40,631 nucleotides of DNA from Coriobacteriales bacterium (GTDB taxonomy: Bacteria; Actinomycetota; Coriobacteriia; Coriobacteriales; UBA8131): positions 1-40,631 of the forward strand of contig JAISGJ010000142.1 in NCBI GenBank assembly GCA_031263105.1, given 5' to 3'. The position numbers and the translations under genes are program-made. Numbering within the stretch: position 1 is the stretch's first letter; each line of letters begins with the position of its first letter. This document shows positions 24,224-33,862 of this stretch, one piece after another. Under the pieces are notes generated by a model, which worked only from the letters and a program-made list of their open reading frames with translations, made no database searches and was not told the origin of the DNA.

Positions 24224-24895
24224 ATGGTAGACGAGGTACAGGCTTCTTTTGATGCCCGGGCGACCGCCTATGACGCCAACAGGCGCAGTCTTATCCCCCA
24301 TTTCGACGAGTTCTACCGTATCGGCGTGGAGGCGCTTGCCTACTGCGACCAGTCGCCGCGCGTGCTGGATCTCGGGGGCGGAACGGGGCTCTCGACGTCC
24401 TTCCTCCTCGGGCGCTACCCTGATGCGCGTGTGACCCTGCTCGACTTCTCGAACGAGATGCTCGCCGTTGCCCGCGAGCGCTTCAAGGACAACCCCAACA
24501 TAGACTTCAGAGTGAGAGACTATCGCAGCTTCCCCTTCGACGAGCGCTTCGACCTCGTCATCTCAGGGCTCTCGATCCACCACCTCACGGCGGACGAGAA
24601 GCGAGAGCTTGCCGTGAGGGTCTTCGGGCTGCTCGAACCCAACGGGGAGTTCTTCAATGCCGACCTGGTCAGCTGCGAGGACGAGCGACTGGAACAGGAG
24701 ATGCACCGGCAGCTGCAGGGCTTCCTGCGCCAAGGGCTGTCCGAGGACGAGGTGCAGCGCTTCGTCAGCAGCCAGCGCCTCGACAGGCCGGCACCGCTCG
24801 AGAGCCAGCTCTCCCATCTCCGCTCAGCAGGCTTCAAGGTCGTCGAGTGCCTGTACCGCCACCTGATATACGGCGTGTTCTACGCGCAGAAGTGA
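24224..24895 (+). CDS. Class I SAM-dependent methyltransferase (CmoA-like)
   Basis: RVLDLGGGTG, LLDFSNEML, FDLVISGLSIHHL; AAGGAG RBS. Confidence 0.9.
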   Translation: MVDEVQASFDARATAYDANRRSLIPHFDEFYRIGVEALAYCDQSPRVLDLGGGTGLSTSFLLGRYPDARVTLLDFSNEMLAVARERFKDNPNIDFRVRDYRSFPFDERFDLVISGLSIHHLTADEKRELAVRVFGLLEPNGEFFNADLVSCEDERLEQEMHRQLQGFLRQGLSEDEVQRFVSSQRLDRPAPLESQLSHLRSAGFKVVECLYRHLIYGVFYAQK

Positions 24896-24934
24896 CCGAC
24901 GAGGCGGGCTCTGCATCGCGGGCTCGACGCAGTC

Positions 24935-26659
24935 TCAGCGCCTGCCCAGCTCCTCGCGCAGTGCCGGCTTGGTGGGGTATTCGGCCAGTATCTTGTCGCG
25001 CAGCATGTGGGCACGCCCACTTCCTAACGCTGCGCTGTAGCGGTCGAGCTTGCCTCGCAGTTCCCCGTACTGCTTCCGCGTATAGGCTGCCCTTGCAAAC
25101 GCGACGATCTCGCCCACAAAGAGGGAGTCGACCTCCTTCTCGTTCTCAGGCAGAAGATACGAATAGAGGCTGAAGACCGAAAGCGGGTGGGACTTGCAGT
25201 ACTTCATGATCCGTGGCTTGAGCTCCTCGTGCTTCAATACCTCCAGGTACCTGGTGGCCCCCCAGCCCCTGCCGGACTCGAGTTCGTCGAGCAGCGCGTT
25301 GCGCTCCGCCACCCACTCGCGCCTCGCGGTGAGCGCCTTGAGCTCCTGGTAGTACTCCAGGCCCTGCCCGTAGCCCGCCAGATACAGCTCCCGTGCCGTG
25401 CGCCTTTGGTTGGCCTCGTCGCCGAGCTGCACATAGATGTCATGCTCTTTGACCCTCCAGTTGCCCCCGAGCTGCATCGGCGCCTTGCCCGGCACGTCCT
25501 CGCCACGGCACAGCCGCAGCGCCTTCTGAAGATCCCCTTCGCCGAGAGCCGCCTCGAACAGCGTCTCGCGGAAGCCCTCGTTCCCCAAATGCTTGGACAT
25601 ATATGAGAAAGCGGCCTTTGCCCCCTCAGCCACCACCAGTATCCGTTCACGGAGATTCTCGATCCGCTCCCTCTCAGAGCGGCAGTTGTAGTCGTTAGCC
25701 CTCTTTCCTCCCAACGCCTTGGTGCGGGCATCCAGAAAGCCGTCCATCTCCTTCCTCAACGCCGGATCCGTGGCCGACTCGGCGCACTCCCCTAAAATCC
25801 GATAACACCAGTCACTGTCGTATCCGCCGCTCAGGGACACGGCGAAGGAGAAGACCCGCGCGAAGCACCTCGCCCTCTCCTCTTCGCCCAGCTGCCCCGC
25901 CCTTTTCAGCCCCTTGCCCAAGGACTCGACCGCCTCCTCCATCGCGCCCTCCACGTATTCGTAGGAGTCGCTGTCGAACGAACCCTTGAACTCCAGCATG
26001 ACCTTGAGCGTCGCGAGTGAAATGTCGATAAACGCCCCCACGTCGCCCTTCTTCAAGCTCTCCTTTGCCAGCCTTCGCGCCTTCGCCACGCCTTCGAAGG
26101 CCTCGTTGGCGTGGTACCAGTCGATGTACTCGCCCTCAGAGGCACCGATGAGGGAGGACACCATGAGCTCCCTTGCATAGGCTGCGGCATCGACCTCATC
26201 GTCCCCGACGTCCCTGAAGCGAAAGACCATCTCGTCCTTCAGCGCCTGGTTCGAGTTCAGCATCCCCATCATAAGGGAGACAAGATCGGGCTTCTCCATT
26301 TTGTCGAACAGCGCCTCGAGGTCCACGTCCGGACGGCTCCTGCCCTTGCGACACCCTGTGCCGGGCGCACGCTCCGAGCCGACGACGCGCTGCTCCCGAA
26401 TGGCGTACAAGACGGCCGCGACATGCTTGCAGAATGCCTCGCGGTCGTAGGGGCAGTCGCAGGACGCGGCATCGACCTCGTCGCCGTCGACCTCGACCTC
26501 GACGTTGTAATACGTGCTCCCCGCAACCTTCGCCGTCCATCTGGCACCGTCCTGCCGCAGCAGCTTGACGTGGCCGTCCTCGAAGTAGGCCCAGCCGCGA
26601 TCCAATATCCTCCGGCTGAAGATGCGCTCGAACGTATGAAGACCCATCGACTCAGACAT
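24935..26659 (-). CDS. SWIM zinc-finger protein with helical C-terminal region
   Basis: ILDRGWAYF...AKVAGS...SCDCPYD..FCKHVAAVL; ends YPTKPALREEL. Confidence 0.88.
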   Translation of the reverse strand: MSESMGLHTFERIFSRRILDRGWAYFEDGHVKLLRQDGARWTAKVAGSTYYNVEVEVDGDEVDAASCDCPYDREAFCKHVAAVLYAIREQRVVGSERAPGTGCRKGRSRPDVDLEALFDKMEKPDLVSLMMGMLNSNQALKDEMVFRFRDVGDDEVDAAAYARELMVSSLIGASEGEYIDWYHANEAFEGVAKARRLAKESLKKGDVGAFIDISLATLKVMLEFKGSFDSDSYEYVEGAMEEAVESLGKGLKRAGQLGEEERARCFARVFSFAVSLSGGYDSDWCYRILGECAESATDPALRKEMDGFLDARTKALGGKRANDYNCRSERERIENLRERILVVAEGAKAAFSYMSKHLGNEGFRETLFEAALGEGDLQKALRLCRGEDVPGKAPMQLGGNWRVKEHDIYVQLGDEANQRRTARELYLAGYGQGLEYYQELKALTARREWVAERNALLDELESGRGWGATRYLEVLKHEELKPRIMKYCKSHPLSVFSLYSYLLPENEKEVDSLFVGEIVAFARAAYTRKQYGELRGKLDRYSAALGSGRAHMLRDKILAEYPTKPALREELGRR

Positions 26660-26815
26660 GCGAGCTCCCCGCTCCTTGCAACGTGAACGCCGGATGACCC
26701 TGTCGACCGTGGCTGCCAACAATCGAGTGCAAGTGTATCACGGCACCTGCCTCTCGTGCGCCCCCTCGCTCCGCCAAGGCATCGTTCGTCGCAGGGTCGT
26801 CGCAGCTACTGACGT

Positions 26816-26971
26816 GTGTTCACACCCCCACTGTCATCCCGAACCTGCCGAGGGATCCTCGGCCGCGCAAGCGGTCGACCGCAGGTCGGAGGGCCCCCTG
26901 GCCTGCCGTTGGACACTGCGTGTCCAAGGATTCCTCGGCGGAGCTCGGAATGACAGTGGGGGTGTGAACAC
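26816..26971. repeat. MITE/REP-like palindromic element, copy 2
   Basis: 27-bp terminal inverted repeats GTGTTCACACCCCCACTGTCATCCCGA / TCGGAATGACAGTGGGGGTGTGAACAC. Confidence 0.85.
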
Positions 26972-26995
26972 CTACTGGCTCAATGCCGCGCGTCC

Positions 26996-27340
26996 TCATA
27001 CCGCCATGGCGACCTCATCGGGCTGAATGCCGAGGCCCTTCTGAAGAACGGACCACGACTCGCCGAGATCGTAGCTGAGATTGTCCGCATAATAATCAAG
27101 AAGCGTGCAGGCGACGGCGAAGACCTGGGAGGGCGTCGCATCCTTGTCGGTGCCCACTATCTGCGCCCAGGCATCCTTCCAGTCCGCGTATTCCGCCGGG
27201 TCGGCCGACACGTACTCATCGGACTTGAACGTATAGGGACTCAGGTCGCTGAGCATGTCGCCGAGGTCGTCGAGCCTGTTCGCCTCCCAATACTCAAAGA
27301 GAGTATCGAACATTGCATAGTACGCTTCCTTCATGTGCAT
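26996..27340 (-). CDS. Putative polymorphic-toxin immunity protein
   Basis: AYYAMF..LFEYW...DDLGDMLSDL...SADPAEYADW; directly downstream of a toxin-like fragment. Confidence 0.6.
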   Translation of the reverse strand: MHMKEAYYAMFDTLFEYWEANRLDDLGDMLSDLSPYTFKSDEYVSADPAEYADWKDAWAQIVGTDKDATPSQVFAVACTLLDYYADNLSYDLGESWSVLQKGLGIQPDEVAMAV

Positions 27341-27341
27341 A

Positions 27342-27500
27342 TTACTCGCTCCTATTGGGGTTTCTATTGAATCCCGTCACGTCGTCCCAAGGCCTTGGCA
27401 TTGGATTGACGCCCGCCTCTCTGATAACTCCGTCTCGCTCCCTTACCCAGACCTGCGTGCCGTCAGGATTCTCCTTTGCGTACCAATTGATTCCCAGTGC
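27342..27500 (-). pseudogene. Remnant of a polymorphic toxin C-terminal domain
   Basis: Manual translation: GINWYAKENPDGTQVWVRERDGVIREAGVNPMPRPWDDVTGFNRNPNRSE*; no ATG with RBS at its 5' end. Confidence 0.55.
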
Positions 27501-27898
27501 ATATGCAACTATTATAGCATAATTGCCTATCAGACATGATGTCGCTGCCGTCCCTTTGTCCTGCGTGTCCAGGGCCTTTGGGTACGTAGGGCAGGGTCGT
27601 GTAGGGTAGATAGTGCGATACGCAAGACAGTACAGCCCGCTTTAGCGGGCTGCCTAACACGATTAAAAGATGGCAGGCGATTAAATCATCGTCTCCCTAG
27701 TGGTCGCGTTTGTTGCTCATGCAGGGATTATAGCATGCCGCCCGTCACGACGCGGCATTCGTCGATACCTGGAAGACGAATCAACCTCCTGACGCACAAT
27801 CGGTTGACAGCAGCGCTTGGATTCTTTGGGATATGGTAGAATTCCGCTGTAAAACGGTTTTCGCCTTATGGCTTAGAGTGCCTCTGAAAGGGTTGACG

Positions 27899-28228
27899 AT
27901 GCTCAAAGTCCAGGTTCTTATGGATGACAACAAGATAGCACGTGAGAAGAAGTACGATGTCGACAAGATCCATCGTGCGGTGGACAACGTGTTCACAAAG
28001 AAATATGGCCTGATCAAGAATCGAGACGGGTTCTACCTTGAGCGCGGAAACGCGTCTGATTACGCCAACTTTTGGAACGCGATACTGCTGCTCAAGGATC
28101 AGCCTTGGTTCCTAGACAACGTGAAGACCTGGCTCTGGTTCAACAGCGACGATTCTCCCGACCCCAAGGACTTCGCAGTCGAGGACCTGCGGGAGCACTA
28201 CGCAGCCAAGCAGAGAGCATTCGCCTGA
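27899..28228 (+). CDS. Putative antitoxin upstream of vapD
   Basis: Stop 1 nt before the vapD start; QPWFLDNVKTW resembles the VapD C-terminal PW motif. Confidence 0.6.
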   Translation: MLKVQVLMDDNKIAREKKYDVDKIHRAVDNVFTKKYGLIKNRDGFYLERGNASDYANFWNAILLLKDQPWFLDNVKTWLWFNSDDSPDPKDFAVEDLREHYAAKQRAFA

Positions 28229-28229
28229 A

Positions 28230-28589
28230 TTGGCTGTCCAGAAGCGGAGGAAGGCAGTCAACTTCGACCTCGACACGGCGACGTTGCGCCAGTTCTTTGG
28301 CGAGTCCGGCAGGCGGGGCGTCTACGCCAGAATCGGTCGTTTCCTGAAGAAACACGGATTCGAGCACCGCCAAGGCTCTGGGTACCAATCAGTGAGTGTG
28401 ATGAGTGAGGCGGAAGTCAATGACACGATCGTCTCCCTCTATGAGGCTCTGCCTTGGATGATTGACGCCGTGCAGAAGCTGGACGTGACGAACATCGGGG
28501 TCAACTACGACATGCACACCATCGCCGTCAGACAGATTGAGAACAAACGCAAGAACATAGCTGACGAGATAGTTGACGTGCTGATATAG
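28230..28589 (+). CDS. vapD: VapD-family (Cas2-like) nuclease/toxin
   Basis: AVNFDLDT, Y..IGRFL..HGFEHRQGSGY, PWMIDAVQKLDVTNIG. Confidence 0.85.
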   Translation: MAVQKRRKAVNFDLDTATLRQFFGESGRRGVYARIGRFLKKHGFEHRQGSGYQSVSVMSEAEVNDTIVSLYEALPWMIDAVQKLDVTNIGVNYDMHTIAVRQIENKRKNIADEIVDVLI

Positions 28590-28880
28590 ACTTCTCTTTG
28601 CGTATCATCAATAGTGCCATAATCGTATCACTATGAGACGATTGCCACAGGACTGATGATACGGTGCTGGCAACCGCTGGCAACGCAGAGCTGGTGGTCG
28701 AAGCTCATCTGCAAAATCGTGTGGGGCCTTCCAGATTCAGGAGTGATTCGGAAGCGCTATATTGTCTAAACCGTGCTCTTTTTCAGGAACGCGCTGGTCA
28801 GGGCGCACTATCGCAACGGGGCAGCGGGGGTGCTCCCCACCGACGCCCAGGAAAACGACACCTTCGCCACAGGGATGCGC

Positions 28881-29354
28881 TCAGTTGAATCTCCCCAGCC
28901 TGGCGTTGAGCTTGTTGACCTCGTTGCGCCAGTAGAGCCAGATCGATAGCCAGATGATCGCGTAGAGCGCCACGAAAAAGAGCAGGTAGAGGGCCAAGGC
29001 GAGGGGCGAAAAGGGTATCCAGCCGCAGAAGACCGCAATGGCCACGATGGCCGGAGCAATGAGCAGGAAGTGAGTCAGCGTCTGGCGGGCGAGGCTCCAC
29101 GTGCTGAGTTTGAAGATATGGTTGGCGGCCATGCACAGCACGCCGTAGAGGGCGCAGAGCAAGGTCTGCAGGCTAAAGGCGGCCAGCTCGTTGGGGATGC
29201 GCCCCAACAGCGTCGGCGTCACGGCGTGCAATGCGCCGTCACCCACAGACAGCGACGCCAGCAACATGGCCACCGTTCCGAAGGCAATGCCGATGGGCAA
29301 CCCGAGCAGGGCCTGCCTGACGGCTTCCTCGCGACCTGATGTTCTCATCTCCAT
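28881..29354 (-). CDS. DUF3021-family membrane protein
   Basis: 4 TM; WSLARQTLTHF, GWIP, YAIIW...VNKLNARL; downstream of LytTR. Confidence 0.85.
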   Translation of the reverse strand: MEMRTSGREEAVRQALLGLPIGIAFGTVAMLLASLSVGDGALHAVTPTLLGRIPNELAAFSLQTLLCALYGVLCMAANHIFKLSTWSLARQTLTHFLLIAPAIVAIAVFCGWIPFSPLALALYLLFFVALYAIIWLSIWLYWRNEVNKLNARLGRFN

Positions 29355-29372
29355 GGTATGTCCTCCTGCCTC

Positions 29373-29840
29373 TCAAGCTCCCAGGTAGTCCTTGATTGCG
29401 CGGACGTTGCGCCGCGAGACATAGGCATACGTGCCGTTGTCCAGCTTGAGGTTGATGGTGCCGCTGATGCTCAGCTCGAAGCTCTTGACTTTGGCGAAGT
29501 TGACGATCTCGGAGTGCGACACCCGGATGAAGCCGGTGTTCTTGAGCAGCTCCTCCAACTCATAGAGCCGCTGTTTGACACGGATGTCCCCCTGTCTGGT
29601 CTGGGCCTGGACCGTCTGACCCTGGGTAAAGAAACGGTAGATGCCATCGAAGTCCAGCAGCACCGTCTCGTCCTCCCTGAAGCCCAGCAGGCGTCGCTCG
29701 CTTGGTCGTTGCACCTGTCGGCCTTCGCCTTTGATCCTGTCGACCAGCTCCTGGATGTCGCCATCGACCGCAGCCGTATGGATGAGGATGCGCGGAACCT
29801 GCGCCTCCTCGTCCAAAATTATCTCGAGCCGGTATTCCAT
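29373..29840 (-). CDS. LytTR-family transcription regulator (no receiver domain)
   Basis: RLYELEELL...FIRVSHSEIVN...YVSRR. Confidence 0.92.
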   Translation of the reverse strand: MEYRLEIILDEEAQVPRILIHTAAVDGDIQELVDRIKGEGRQVQRPSERRLLGFREDETVLLDFDGIYRFFTQGQTVQAQTRQGDIRVKQRLYELEELLKNTGFIRVSHSEIVNFAKVKSFELSISGTINLKLDNGTYAYVSRRNVRAIKDYLGA

Positions 29841-30154
29841 GGCACCTCCCACCTACTTGAGAATTCGACACTACGACGATTATAGGCCATGCCCCAAGCT
29901 GCATCATGACTGCCGATAACCATTGTAGAATCGGAGGAGAAAATCGGGGCAACCGGTATATAAGTGGTCGAATTCTACATGTAGTTGGCAATCCGGCCCG
30001 CCGAGACCGCCGAAAACCAAGCTGGCAACAGGTTATCCGGGCAATCCGCCCAGTTGTCGCCATGCGCAACATCCCCCTGCAGAAATCCCCTAATCTGCAC
30101 ACTGCAAGGAACTGTAAGGCTGGATCGTTGCCATGAGAATACGGAGGTAAAGAA

Positions 30155-30925
30155 ATGAGAGAGTTGGCACGTGCAGGGGGACTGGCGGTCCGCTACGGGC
30201 AGACCTTGGCCGTCGACGGCCTGTCGTTTGCCGTCAACGAAGGCGAGGTGCTGGCCGTGATCGGCCCCAACGGCTCGGGCAAGACCTCGGCTGTGGAGTG
30301 CCTGGAGGGCCTGCGTCAGCCCACCCGAGGCACAGTGCACGTCTTTGGACTCGACCCGCATGCGGAGCGTAGGGCAATCTACTCCCAGCTGGGCGTGCAG
30401 CTGCAGGACGTGAGCTACCCGGACAAGATCAGGGTCGGCGAACTCTGTCGGCTGTTCGCGTCCTTCTACCGTCAGCCTGCCGATTGGCGCGCACTGCTGG
30501 AGCAGCTGGATCTGGGCGACAAGGCCAGGCGCCCCGTCGATAGGCTCAGCGGCGGCGAGCGCCAGCGCCTGAGCGTCCTGTTGGCACTGTTGCCACGACC
30601 CAGGATGCTGATCCTCGACGAACTGACAACCGGCCTTGACCCGGAGGTCCGTCGCAGCCTCTGGCACAGCCTGAAGGAGCTGCGAACTGCCGGCCTGGGC
30701 ATCCTGTTGGTCTCCCACTCCATGGACGAGGTCGAGGCCCTCGCCGACCGGGTGCTCTTCATGCTGGCCGGCAAGGCCCTCTATTACGGCGAGTTGCCGG
30801 GCCTGCGCACCTACGCTCAGGCCGTCCTGCCACCGCACGAGTACGACCCCCGGATGTCTCTGGAGGACCTCTACCTGTCCCTGGTGCCCAAGAGGGGCGC
30901 CCTCACCATGGAGGTGACACGATGA
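30155..30925 (+). CDS. ABC transporter ATP-binding protein
   Basis: GPNGSGKT, LSGGERQR, ILDELTTGLD, VSH. Confidence 0.95.
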   Translation: MRELARAGGLAVRYGQTLAVDGLSFAVNEGEVLAVIGPNGSGKTSAVECLEGLRQPTRGTVHVFGLDPHAERRAIYSQLGVQLQDVSYPDKIRVGELCRLFASFYRQPADWRALLEQLDLGDKARRPVDRLSGGERQRLSVLLALLPRPRMLILDELTTGLDPEVRRSLWHSLKELRTAGLGILLVSHSMDEVEALADRVLFMLAGKALYYGELPGLRTYAQAVLPPHEYDPRMSLEDLYLSLVPKRGALTMEVTR

Positions 30926-31680
30926 CGCTCAGGGCCTTCGTCACTGCTGTGGGCACCGAGGCGCTGCTCTATCTGCGCGGCTTCTTCGGCCCGTTCTTCA
31001 CGTTCGTCTTCCCGCTGCTGATGCTGGTGCTCTTTGGGAGCATCTACGGCAACGAGCCCACACCTTTCTATAATGGCCTGGGGGCGATGGATGCCAGCGT
31101 TCCTGCGTATCTGGGGCTGGTCGTGGCGGTCAACGGCCTGATGACCCTGCCGCTGACACTGGCGGAGTATCAGGACAAACGGGTCTACAGGCGCTTCGAC
31201 GCCACGCCCTGCGGCAAGGGCGGCGTCATCCTGGCCCAGATCACCCTCTGCCTCGTCTCCTCGATACTGGGCGCTGCCGTGATGCTCGTGGCCGGAGTCG
31301 TCCTCTACGACATACAGATCACCGGCTCGCTGCTGACGATCGCCGCCGTGACACTGCTCTCCCTGACGGCGATGTTCGCCATCGGCTTCTTCATCGCCTC
31401 GGTGCTCAGGTCGGTGAAGGCCGTCAATCTGGTCAGCTACATCGTATTCTTCGTCATGATGTTCATATCCGGCGCCACCCTGCCGCACGAGATGTTCCCC
31501 GAGGGCGTGAAGGCCTTTGCCGGCGCCCTGCCCCTTACCCATGTGGTGCGACTGTCCAAGGACGCCTTTCAGGGCGTGAGCCTGCTCACTGACTGGGTGT
31601 CGCTGCTGGTGCTGCTGGGCGTCACTGCGGCATGCGGCCTGCTGGGCCTCCTCCTCTACCGCCGCCGCCGCTGGGCCTGA
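30922..31680 (+). CDS. ABC-2 type permease
   Basis: FFTFVFPL, RRFDATP, FISGATLP, LPLTH; about 6 TM. Confidence 0.92.
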   Translation: MTLRAFVTAVGTEALLYLRGFFGPFFTFVFPLLMLVLFGSIYGNEPTPFYNGLGAMDASVPAYLGLVVAVNGLMTLPLTLAEYQDKRVYRRFDATPCGKGGVILAQITLCLVSSILGAAVMLVAGVVLYDIQITGSLLTIAAVTLLSLTAMFAIGFFIASVLRSVKAVNLVSYIVFFVMMFISGATLPHEMFPEGVKAFAGALPLTHVVRLSKDAFQGVSLLTDWVSLLVLLGVTAACGLLGLLLYRRRRWA

Positions 31681-31880
31681 TGCCATGCCTGTCGTTCTTC
31701 TTGTGCCCTCGACGTGATTTGAATGCCTATGAAGCTTCTGCCTGCGTTGGTTGTTTTGGATGACAGGGACAGGCCACACATGTCGAACCATTGTGCGGCC
31801 TTGCGCCTGACGAGGAGCGCTCTTGCCTTCAGCGCAGTGCAAATCGTCAGACAGGCAGGAAGCGCCCTCGCATCCCCCGC

Positions 31881-33152
31881 TCACAGCCCGAAGCGCAGCA
31901 CGAGGTACACGCCCGAGATCGCAACGGAGAGCGCCATCAGGGGGGCGCCGACCTTGAGGTACTCGATGAAGGTGAGGGGGTGGCCCTCGCGGTTGGAGAT
32001 GCCTGAGAGCACGACGTTGGCGCTGGCCCCGATCAGGGTCCCGTTGCCGCCGAGGCAGGCGCCGAGCGAGAGCGCCCACCAGAGCGGCTCGACGTCGACG
32101 CCGCCCTCCCCCATGGCGAGCAGGGCGGGGATCATCACCGCGACAAAGGGGATGTTGTCCACTATCGCGGAGATGACGGCGGAGGCGATGAGTATCGTCA
32201 GTATGGCGACGACCTCCTGCCCCTGTGTCGCGGTGATGAGGAGCTGCGCGAACATGTCGATGACGCCGGTCTCGACCAGGCCGCCGACGACGATGAAGAG
32301 CCCTCCGAAGAAACCGAGGGTCGACCATTCGACGCCAAGGACGACCTCCTCGATATCCTGGCGCCCGATGAGCATCATGAGGGCGGCCCCGGACAGGGCG
32401 ATCACCGAGGACTCGAGGTGCAGCATGCCGTGGAGCATGAAGGCGACGACGACCAGCACGAGCATCACGATGCTCTTTATGAACAGGCTCCGGCTTGCGA
32501 TAAGCCCGCTCTCGTCAAGCCCCGTGATGCGCTCGCGCAGCTCGCTTGCAACCGCCATCTTCCGCCCATAGAGGAAGCGGAAGCACGCGAGCATGGCGAC
32601 GAGGACCACCGCTACGGCGGGCGCGTCGACGGCGACGAAGTCGAAGAAGGTGAGGTCTGCCGCAGAGCCTATCATGATGTTGGGAGGATCGCCTATGAGG
32701 GTCGAGGTCCCGCCGACGTTGGAGGCGATTATCTGCGTGACGAAGAAGGGGACGGGGCTGAGGCGGAGCTCCTTGCATATCATGAAGGTCATCGGCCCTA
32801 CGAGCAGCACCGTCGTCACGTTGTCGAGCAGGGCGGAGAGCAGGGCGGTGATCACCGCGAGGGCGACCATGATGAGCCACGGGTCGCCCTTGACCAGCTT
32901 CGCCGCCTTGATGGCGACGTACTCGAAGATGCCGGAGCGCCTCATGACGGCGACGAGGAGCATCATGCCCACGAGCACGCCGAGCGTGTTGAAGTCGATG
33001 TGCGCAAGGCTCGCCTCGAAGGGCACGATGCCGCTCACCATGATGACGACCGCCCCCAAGAGGGCGGCAAGGGTGCGGTGTATCTTCTCGCTCACGATAA
33101 GGGCCATGACGCCGACGAAGACAGCGATGGCGGCTATCTGGACTGCGGTCAC
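31881..33152 (-). CDS. ArsB/NhaD-family anion permease
   Basis: LLDNVTTVL, NVGGTSTLIGDPPNI, DNIPF, GGNGTLIGASANVV. Confidence 0.92.
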   Translation of the reverse strand: MTAVQIAAIAVFVGVMALIVSEKIHRTLAALLGAVVIMVSGIVPFEASLAHIDFNTLGVLVGMMLLVAVMRRSGIFEYVAIKAAKLVKGDPWLIMVALAVITALLSALLDNVTTVLLVGPMTFMICKELRLSPVPFFVTQIIASNVGGTSTLIGDPPNIMIGSAADLTFFDFVAVDAPAVAVVLVAMLACFRFLYGRKMAVASELRERITGLDESGLIASRSLFIKSIVMLVLVVVAFMLHGMLHLESSVIALSGAALMMLIGRQDIEEVVLGVEWSTLGFFGGLFIVVGGLVETGVIDMFAQLLITATQGQEVVAILTILIASAVISAIVDNIPFVAVMIPALLAMGEGGVDVEPLWWALSLGACLGGNGTLIGASANVVLSGISNREGHPLTFIEYLKVGAPLMALSVAISGVYLVLRFGL

Positions 33153-33198
33153 GCGGCATCAGCTCCCAAGGGCAGTATCGGCTGCACGTCTGCTCCGG

Positions 33199-33573
33199 TC
33201 AATCGGCACTCGCCTTGCCCGGAGCACCGGGGGGCTTGGGGATGCCGGGGGCGCCGGGGGGCTTGGGGATGCCGGGTGCGCCGGGTGCGCCGGGTGCGCC
33301 GGGGGGCCTGGGCGCGCCCGGCATCCCGGGAGCACCAGGAGGCCCCGGAGGCCTGGGCGCCCCGGGCGCACCAGGGGCGCCCGGCATCCCGGGAGCGCCC
33401 GGGGCACCCGGCATCCCGGGCGCTCCGGGCATCCCGGGGACTGCGGGCATGGCGGCCGCGATCTCCTCCGCCGTGGCGCCGCAGCCCGAGCACTCCATGG
33501 CTGTGAAGGGGTTCTTGGCCCCACATTTCGGGCAGGTTATCTCCGAACTCACACTTGCAGGCCTGAAACACAT
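33199..33573 (-). CDS. Zn-ribbon protein with Pro/Gly-rich collagen-like tail
   Basis: MCFRPAS...CPKCG...CSGCG followed by (G-X-P)n. Confidence 0.75.
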   Translation of the reverse strand: MCFRPASVSSEITCPKCGAKNPFTAMECSGCGATAEEIAAAMPAVPGMPGAPGMPGAPGAPGMPGAPGAPGAPRPPGPPGAPGMPGAPRPPGAPGAPGAPGIPKPPGAPGIPKPPGAPGKASAD

Positions 33574-33626
33574 GAACGCTCTCTCTCCTCCTCTGTCTGT
33601 CGAGAACACGGTGCGGTGCGCAGAGC

Positions 33627-33782
33627 TTACTGCTTGCGGAACTTGTCCATCCTCTGCTGGTAGTCCCGGTAGTACTCCTCCATGCGCTCTTCCCTCGACT
33701 TCGTGATCCTTGCCCTCCGCAGCACAAGGCCCGCCACGAAAAAGATGACGCCTACCAGCGCTATCGCTATATAACCGTCCAT
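33627..33782 (-). CDS. Small single-TM protein
   Basis: [23 protein letters not shown]...; GGAG RBS. Confidence 0.6.
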   Translation of the reverse strand: MDGYIAIALVGVIFFVAGLVLRRARITKSREERMEEYYRDYQQRMDKFRKQ

Positions 33783-33862
33783 ATCGACGACTCCCTCATA
33801 CGCGTTGGCGGGCGTGCCTCGGGCTCCGCCCGCCAACATCCTGCTCACTCTTGCTGCACGGC

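Noticed and set aside
23918..24301. ORFs over the MITE copies (also 26658-27026, 33845-34243)
   Set aside because: Translations of palindromic repeats (CHPEP/CHSEP patterns), not genes.
28230..28589. Cas2 / CRISPR-Cas locus
   Set aside because: Motifs fit VapD; no cas1 or array nearby.
28664..28888. 74-aa ORF after vapD
   Set aside because: No RBS or recognisable motif; may be intergenic or a decayed fragment.
29841..30154. LytTR direct-repeat boxes (GGCAATCC, CTGCA-like repeats)
   Set aside because: Could not find a convincing pair with the expected ~21-bp periodicity by eye.
33215..33706. Plus-strand collagen-like ORF
   Set aside because: Mirror of the minus-strand Pro/Gly gene, which has the Cys motifs and matches operon orientation.
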